Source: Staphylococcus sp. CAG:324
GTDB taxonomy: Bacteria; Bacillota_I; Bacilli_A; ML615J-28; CAG-313
Direction: 5' to 3'
Assembly: GCA_000433035.1 (NCBI GenBank)
Contig: FR890814.1
Coordinates: 5,443 to 69,442, forward strand
DNA length: 64,000 nt
Shown here: piece by piece, positions 58,767 to 64,000 of the stretch
How positions within the stretch are numbered: the first letter of the stretch is position 1
How the letters are laid out: every line of letters begins with the position of its first letter
Notes under the pieces: generated by a model
What the model was told of the DNA's origin: nothing
What the model saw: the letters and a program-made list of their open reading frames with translations, nothing else
Database searches by the model: none
Program-made: the position numbers and the translations under genes

Positions 58767-59849
58767 CTAATATCCATAAACGTTAGGTGTAAAACTAATA
58801 CCATCACGATATGCCGTTGTTTCATCTTTGATATCAATTTTCCAACCAGTTGTTAAAGAAGCAAGTCGAACATTTTGACCACCTTTACCAATAGCAAGCG
58901 AAAATTGCTCATCTGGTACAATTACAGTCGATTTTCTTGTTGTTTCATCAGTTAAAACCGAAATAACTTTTGCGGGAGTCAAAGCCTCAGCAATCAAAAT
59001 TATAGGATTGTCACTCCAATTAAAGATATCAATTCTTTCACCTGATAAAGCTTCATTAATCTGTTTTACTCTTGAGCCTTGAAGACCGACACAAGAACCT
59101 TTTGCATCAACATTAGGATTATTACTTTTAACCGCAATTTTAGTACGACTACCTGGTTCTCTTGCAATTGCCATTACTTCAATTACTCCGCTTGCAACCT
59201 CTGGTATATACATTTCAAATAAACGTTTGATTAAATCACGATTAGATCTCGAAACAAAAACCTTAGGACCTTTTCCAGTTTCTTCTACTTTTGTAATACA
59301 TACTTTCATTACAGTACCTACTTCACATCTTTCACCTGGTAAAATTTCATCTAAAGGCATAAATGTTACAACATCTAATCCAATATTTAATCCAATTACA
59401 CTATCTGTTTTTTTAATGACAGTACCACTAACAACTTCTCCTTCACGATCTTTAAAATATTCATAAGCCCGTTTACCACCTAATTCTTTTAATCCTTGAA
59501 TAAAAATTTGTTTAAATCGCGTTGCACCTTTTCTACCAATTTGAGAAAATTTGACTTCACGTCTAAATTCACTGCCAACTCTTACTCTAGCTCGAATTTC
59601 TTTAGCATCATCAAGCGTTATTTGACCTTCGGGACCTTCGGGATTGATTTCATCTACAACATGAAAAGTTTCAAAAATACGAATATTTTTTTGTTCATCA
59701 TTAAATTCAACTTCAATTTCACCTTTACATCCTTCTAACTGACATGCCTTAATTAAAGCAGTTCTTACTGCTACTAATACATCAGAAATTTCTATATGTC
59801 TTTCGGCTGCGATTGTTTCTAATTGTTCATAAAAGCCTTTACTAATCAT
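58767..59849 (-). CDS. nusA: Transcription termination/antitermination factor NusA.
   Basis: S1 and tandem KH domains, and position. Confidence 0.9.
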   Translation of the reverse strand: MISKGFYEQLETIAAERHIEISDVLVAVRTALIKACQLEGCKGEIEVEFNDEQKNIRIFETFHVVDEINPEGPEGQITLDDAKEIRARVRVGSEFRREVKFSQIGRKGATRFKQIFIQGLKELGGKRAYEYFKDREGEVVSGTVIKKTDSVIGLNIGLDVVTFMPLDEILPGERCEVGTVMKVCITKVEETGKGPKVFVSRSNRDLIKRLFEMYIPEVASGVIEVMAIAREPGSRTKIAVKSNNPNVDAKGSCVGLQGSRVKQINEALSGERIDIFNWSDNPIILIAEALTPAKVISVLTDETTRKSTVIVPDEQFSLAIGKGGQNVRLASLTTGWKIDIKDETTAYRDGISFTPNVYGY

Positions 59850-59852
59850 TTT

Positions 59853-60341
59853 TTATTCATTCCTCCTAAAATCTACGGCTAGTCTTATTTTAGCAACAGC
59901 TGCTCTTGGGATAACGACAAGTCTTTGTCTTTGATTCAAAAAAATTTCCAATTTAAATTCTTCCGCATTTGCTTCTCTTAAATAACCACTTATCTCTTTT
60001 AAATTATATGCATTTTCCATTTTTTGATAAGTTTTCAGATAAACAAATTGATTTATTGCTTTTTGAATATCTTTTTCTGTCAATAATTCTCTTTCAATCC
60101 CTAATGATGTAACTTCTAAATAGTATCCATCAGGAATCAAATCATTAACTTCATCTAGAATTTCAGCATTAATTGAAGCGACTTCATCAATATCTAAACT
60201 AAACGTTTCGAGATCATCAATCACAATACTAATAATATTGGTTCCAAATTCTTTACGCACTTTCACATCAATTAATTCTTTTTGGTGTTTATCTACAATA
60301 TTTGACGCTGATTCTTTTATTTTTAATAAATATTCACTCAT
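59853..60341 (-). CDS. rimP: Ribosome maturation factor RimP.
   Basis: Operon position and size. Confidence 0.8.
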   Translation of the reverse strand: MSEYLLKIKESASNIVDKHQKELIDVKVRKEFGTNIISIVIDDLETFSLDIDEVASINAEILDEVNDLIPDGYYLEVTSLGIERELLTEKDIQKAINQFVYLKTYQKMENAYNLKEISGYLREANAEEFKLEIFLNQRQRLVVIPRAAVAKIRLAVDFRRNE

Positions 60342-60451
60342 TATAATCCCTCCATTAAAAATGGTGAGCTCTCATTTAGCTCACCTTGTTGAACAATATT
60401 TGCTTAAATATATTGTATCACAGATTTTTATTTAAGTCAAGATATTCAATT

Positions 60452-63061
60452 CTAATTATTATGCTTTTTATATCCAAATGCTTTAGCAATTTCCATTACT
60501 ATTACAATCATAAACGATAATCCTAAACATATTAGTAAATCTTTTAACTGAAGAGCAACTAAGCCAAAGACATTCGTATTTAAACCTGGAGTATAAATAA
60601 CAACCAATTGTAAAATAAAACCAATTACAAAAGCAAAATTCAACGATTTATTATTAAAAATGTTTTGTTTAAAAATAGATTTTTCACTTTTAATATTATA
60701 CGAATGAAATAATTGTAAACTAGATAAAGTGAAAAAAGCCATCGTTTGACCAACGATATGATCTTGTTTAGAACCAATTAAATAAGCAACTAAAGTTAAT
60801 ACACCAATTAAAATACCTTCTAAGGCAATCTCATATCCCAATTTATTAGCAAAAAATCCTTCGGTTTTTGGTCTTGGCATTTTATCCATCTCATCATTGG
60901 AAGCTTTTTCCATTCCAAGACCAAAAGCTGGTAAAGAATCGGTTATTAAATTAATCCATAAAAGATGAATAGGAGAAAGTGGTACTCCTAAATTAAGACC
61001 AAAAAGAGCAATGAAAGAAGCAAGGAAAATTGTTAGGACTTCTCCAATGTTACTCGATAAAAGATATTTTACACATTTTTTAACATTATTGTAAATACCT
61101 CTTCCCTCTTTAACTGCTTCTACAATAGTAGTAAAATTATCATCGGCTAAAATCATATCTGCAGCTTCTTTAGAAACATCCGTACCTGTAATTCCCATTG
61201 CACAACCAATATCGGCCTTTTTTAGAGCTGGCGAATCATTGACACCATCTCCGGTCATTGAAACTACTTTCCCTTTTTTTTGCCACATTTCAACAATTCT
61301 TACTTTATCCTCAGGGGATACTCTCGCATAAACAGCATAATCTTCAATCTGATTACCTAATTCTTCATCAGACATTTTTTGCAATTCCTCTGATGAAATG
61401 GCTCTATATCCATCTTTTAGAATATTTAGTTCCTTTGCGATTGCCGAAGCAGTTGTAATATGGTCGCCTGTAATCATGATGGTTCTAATTCCTGCCTTAC
61501 TAGCAACCTCTATTGCCTCTTTAACTTCTGGTCTAGCCGGATCAATCATACCCACTAAACCAAGAAAAGTTAAATTCTCTTCTAAGTTTTCATTACATTC
61601 GGGTTTATTTGCATGAGCCTTGATTCCTAAGCCTAAAACCCTTAATGCCCGCGATGCCATATTCGTATTTGCATTTAAAATTTCTTGTTTTTCCTTATCA
61701 CTTAATAATGCATGATGTAATATAATATCCGGTGCTCCTTTAGTAATACTAAGATAATGATTATTCACCTTTACTACAACTGTCATCATTTTTCTAATTG
61801 AATCAAAGGGTAAATCTGCTACTCTTTCTATTTTATCAATTGGTCTGCCATATAAATTATTGAATTCAATTAAAGCTGTCTCAGTAGGATCACCTATGCG
61901 TTTTTCTACACCATCTACATTAGTGATTTGAGCATCACAACAAAGAGCAAAGTAAGTGATTAATTCTTTATCATCTTCAGTTAAATTTTTAAGTTTTTTA
62001 TTTGTATGATGATATAATTCTTGAACGGTCATTTTATTTTGCGTTAACGTTCCTGTCTTATCACAACATATAATAGATGTGGATCCAAGAGTTTCTACCG
62101 CAGGTAATTTCTTAACAATTGCATTCTTTTTAGCCATATTGCCAACACCAATGGCAAGAATAATTGTCACAACCGTTGCAAGTCCCTCAGGAATAGCGGC
62201 AACTGCTAAAGCAATGGCTGTTTTAAAAGCATCTAGTAAATATGTATCTGATGTTCCTTTCGTTGTTAACATTTCTAAAAAGAAAACGACAACACATATA
62301 ATAATAGACATGATCCCAATCACTTTACCAACTTGTGATAATTTTCGTTGCAAAGGGGTAGTCTGATTGTCATCTCCAATTAGCATTCCTGCAATTTTAC
62401 CGATTTCTGTTTTCATTCCAACTTCTGTTACAACTGCTTTGGCTTTTCCGTTTGTTACAAAGGTTGAGGAAAATAACATATTTTTACGATTACCTAAAGC
62501 AATTTCTTTATCCTCTATTCCATCAATGACATCAGAAATTTTTTCTACCGTTACTGATTCACCAGTTAATGCTGATTCATCCACTCTTAAATGAGAACAT
62601 TCAATAATTCTTGCATCAGCAGGAATAAAATCCCCTGCTTCAACCATAATAATATCTCCCACAACTAAGTGAATCGTTTCAATTGGAATCACTTTTCCAT
62701 CTCTTAAAACTTTACACATTGGAGATGACATTTTTTTTAATGCCTCTAAACTTTTTTCAGCTTTGTTTTCTTGAATGATTCCAAGAATTGCATTAATAAT
62801 TATAACAATAAAAATTATTAAACTTTCAACCCATTCACGAGGATCAATAATAAGTGATACGACTGCTGCTACCATTAAAATAATAATCAAAACATCTTTA
62901 AATTCTAAAAAGAATTTAATTAACATACTTTGTTTTTTCTTTTCAGTTAATTCATTTTTGCCATTCTTATCTAATCTATTCTGTGCCTCATTACTAGTAA
63001 GTCCCTTATCAAGATTAGTATTTAATTTTTTTTCTACCTCATTAATTTTAAATTTATACAT
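60452..63061 (-). CDS. P2-type cation-transporting ATPase (Ca2+/Mn2+ efflux type).
   Basis: ICCDKTGTLT, PEGL (AIPEGLATVV), TGDGVNDSPALKKADIG and a 10-TM profile. Confidence 0.85.
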   Translation of the reverse strand: MYKFKINEVEKKLNTNLDKGLTSNEAQNRLDKNGKNELTEKKKQSMLIKFFLEFKDVLIIILMVAAVVSLIIDPREWVESLIIFIVIIINAILGIIQENKAEKSLEALKKMSSPMCKVLRDGKVIPIETIHLVVGDIIMVEAGDFIPADARIIECSHLRVDESALTGESVTVEKISDVIDGIEDKEIALGNRKNMLFSSTFVTNGKAKAVVTEVGMKTEIGKIAGMLIGDDNQTTPLQRKLSQVGKVIGIMSIIICVVVFFLEMLTTKGTSDTYLLDAFKTAIALAVAAIPEGLATVVTIILAIGVGNMAKKNAIVKKLPAVETLGSTSIICCDKTGTLTQNKMTVQELYHHTNKKLKNLTEDDKELITYFALCCDAQITNVDGVEKRIGDPTETALIEFNNLYGRPIDKIERVADLPFDSIRKMMTVVVKVNNHYLSITKGAPDIILHHALLSDKEKQEILNANTNMASRALRVLGLGIKAHANKPECNENLEENLTFLGLVGMIDPARPEVKEAIEVASKAGIRTIMITGDHITTASAIAKELNILKDGYRAISSEELQKMSDEELGNQIEDYAVYARVSPEDKVRIVEMWQKKGKVVSMTGDGVNDSPALKKADIGCAMGITGTDVSKEAADMILADDNFTTIVEAVKEGRGIYNNVKKCVKYLLSSNIGEVLTIFLASFIALFGLNLGVPLSPIHLLWINLITDSLPAFGLGMEKASNDEMDKMPRPKTEGFFANKLGYEIALEGILIGVLTLVAYLIGSKQDHIVGQTMAFFTLSSLQLFHSYNIKSEKSIFKQNIFNNKSLNFAFVIGFILQLVVIYTPGLNTNVFGLVALQLKDLLICLGLSFMIVIVMEIAKAFGYKKHNN

Positions 63062-63075
63062 TTTTCCTCCTTGCT

Positions 63076-63245
63076 ATAAAAAAAGACCCCTAACCGTTTT
63101 CGGCTAAAGGTCTTGCAATCATAAAATGATTAATGATAATTATATCCGAATAGCATATTTTACTATTGGTTTGACGAATATAATCTATAACACTATTAGT
63201 GTTATATTGCTACTCCCCTTTAAGGAATTTCTTTTATACAGACCA
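63076..63245 (-). ncRNA. yybP-ykoY (Mn2+) riboswitch leader of the P-type ATPase, with an intrinsic terminator.
   Basis: The minus strand carries the hallmark AAAGGGGAGUAGC. The 5' end GGUCU duplicates the terminator's 3' arm (AGACC...GGGUCU followed by U7), so P1.1 formation would sequester AGACC (antitermination). The terminator ends 10 nt before the RBS. Confidence 0.6.
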
Positions 63246-63273
63246 TTATAATTCAAACGATTTAGTTTGTCAA
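63245..63273 (-). promoter_or_regulatory. Consensus sigma-A promoter TTGACA-17-TATAAT driving the riboswitch and ATPase.
   Basis: Minus strand reads TTGACAAACTAAATCGTTTGAATTATAATGGTC. Confidence 0.6.
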
Positions 63274-63378
63274 GAAAATGATTTTATATATTTACAAAAA
63301 TAGTATATGCAAAATAGTTTTTTTATATTCTATTTATTATATATAATATTTTAATAAACAAATTTTTCCGATTTTTTG

Positions 63379-64000
63379 TCAATTTAAATCCTTATTAGAT
63401 GGATTATCAATTAATTTTCCCTTTTTAGTAAATCTTGATCCATGACAAGGACAATCCCAAGTTTGTTCTTCATCGTTCCAAACCAAAGCACAACCAAGAT
63501 GAGGACATCTTTTGGTTCTAAAATTTAATAAATTTTTTAAATAACTACCCAGATTAATAAATAATTGTTTTTTAAAAATATTACGATTGGGACGATATAA
63601 TTTTTGATATACATTCCTTCTATTCATTACTAAATCTCTTAATATCAAAGCACTAATCATAGACTGAGTCATCCCCCATAAATTGAAACCTGTTGCCACA
63701 TATAAGATTTCTGAGAAATTGCTATATTTACCGATATAGGGTATATCATCAAGCGTTATACAATCTTGGTTAGCCCACATATATTCAATTTTCGCATTTG
63801 GATAATAATTATTCACAAAAGAAATCAAATTCTCATAGTGATATCCACCATTTGCTGTCTTATGATCATTACCACCAATGAGTAAATATTCTTTATACTT
63901 TCTAAAATAGAACCCCGTTGTTTCTAAATTCGTATAAGTACCACCTATATCTTCATCATTTTTAATAGCAATAACATAGGAACGATTTTGAAACATTTTT
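63379..64000 (-). CDS. FAD-dependent oxidoreductase with a C-terminal Rieske [2Fe-2S] domain. This is a C-terminal fragment; the N-terminus lies beyond the window.
   Basis: CPHLGCALVWNDEEQTWDCPCHGSRF is a CxH...CxxH Rieske motif. Confidence 0.6.
   Translation of the reverse strand, partial: KMFQNRSYVIAIKNDEDIGGTYTNLETTGFYFRKYKEYLLIGGNDHKTANGGYHYENLISFVNNYYPNAKIEYMWANQDCITLDDIPYIGKYSNFSEILYVATGFNLWGMTQSMISALILRDLVMNRRNVYQKLYRPNRNIFKKQLFINLGSYLKNLLNFRTKRCPHLGCALVWNDEEQTWDCPCHGSRFTKKGKLIDNPSNKDLN

Noticed and set aside
1-64000. tRNA, rRNA and CRISPR arrays.
   Set aside because: No GC-rich structured RNA-gene-like blocks or regularly spaced repeats were found. Every non-coding gap over 150 bp was inspected.

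Overview
This 64 kb window is a chromosomal segment from a very AT-rich (roughly 27-30 % GC by eye), spore-forming low-GC Firmicute. Core markers include gpr, a GerE-like regulator, a YjcZ-family sporulation peptide, comEA/comEC-rpsT-holA, rimP-nusA-ylxR-ylxQ-infB-rbfA, rpsP-KH-rimM-trmD...rplS, pyrG, uvrC, def, rnj and xth. Three things stand out beyond this core.

1. An 8.7 kb island (36.7-45.5 kb) is even more AT-rich than its surroundings and is bracketed by 82-bp direct repeats that duplicate the 3' end and terminator of the yjcZ-like gene. It carries a complete lasso-peptide gene cluster on the minus strand: a 37-aa precursor with a near-perfect YxxPxLx3Gx5Tx leader, a PqqD-like B1, an asparagine-synthetase-like cyclase C and an ABC exporter D. 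Three features are atypical for lasso clusters: an HPr-kinase-like domain fused to the B2 leader peptidase, a radical-SAM/SPASM enzyme immediately downstream of the precursor, and an NTP_transf_5 nucleotidyltransferase. The core is Asp-rich and has a single Cys, so a hybrid RiPP (lasso macrolactam plus an rSAM-installed crosslink, with or without phosphorylation) is plausible. I regard this as the candidate novel system.

2. Several cis-regulatory RNAs are readable directly from the sequence. A guanine-class purine riboswitch sits in front of a PbuG/AzgA-type permease. A pyrG leader with a consensus promoter, a GGGC start and a CU-rich terminator arm is typical of CTP-sensing reiterative transcription. 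A yybP-ykoY (Mn2+) riboswitch with promoter and terminator/antiterminator competition sits in front of a P2-type ATPase. The uracil permease has a terminator-containing leader.

3. There are two heavy-metal P1B-ATPase modules. A cadC-HMA-cadA operon lies downstream of rplS. An arsR-ATPase pair is wedged inside the rpsP-rimM-trmD ribosomal operon with overlapping stop/start codons.

The left end (1-7 kb) looks like a decayed mobile or phage-derived patch: an A118-type holin, a tail-fibre-like Ig-repeat protein, a truncated-N Mur-ligase-like protein, a large ImmA/IrrE-family peptidase and palindromic repeats. I found no rRNA, tRNA or CRISPR array.
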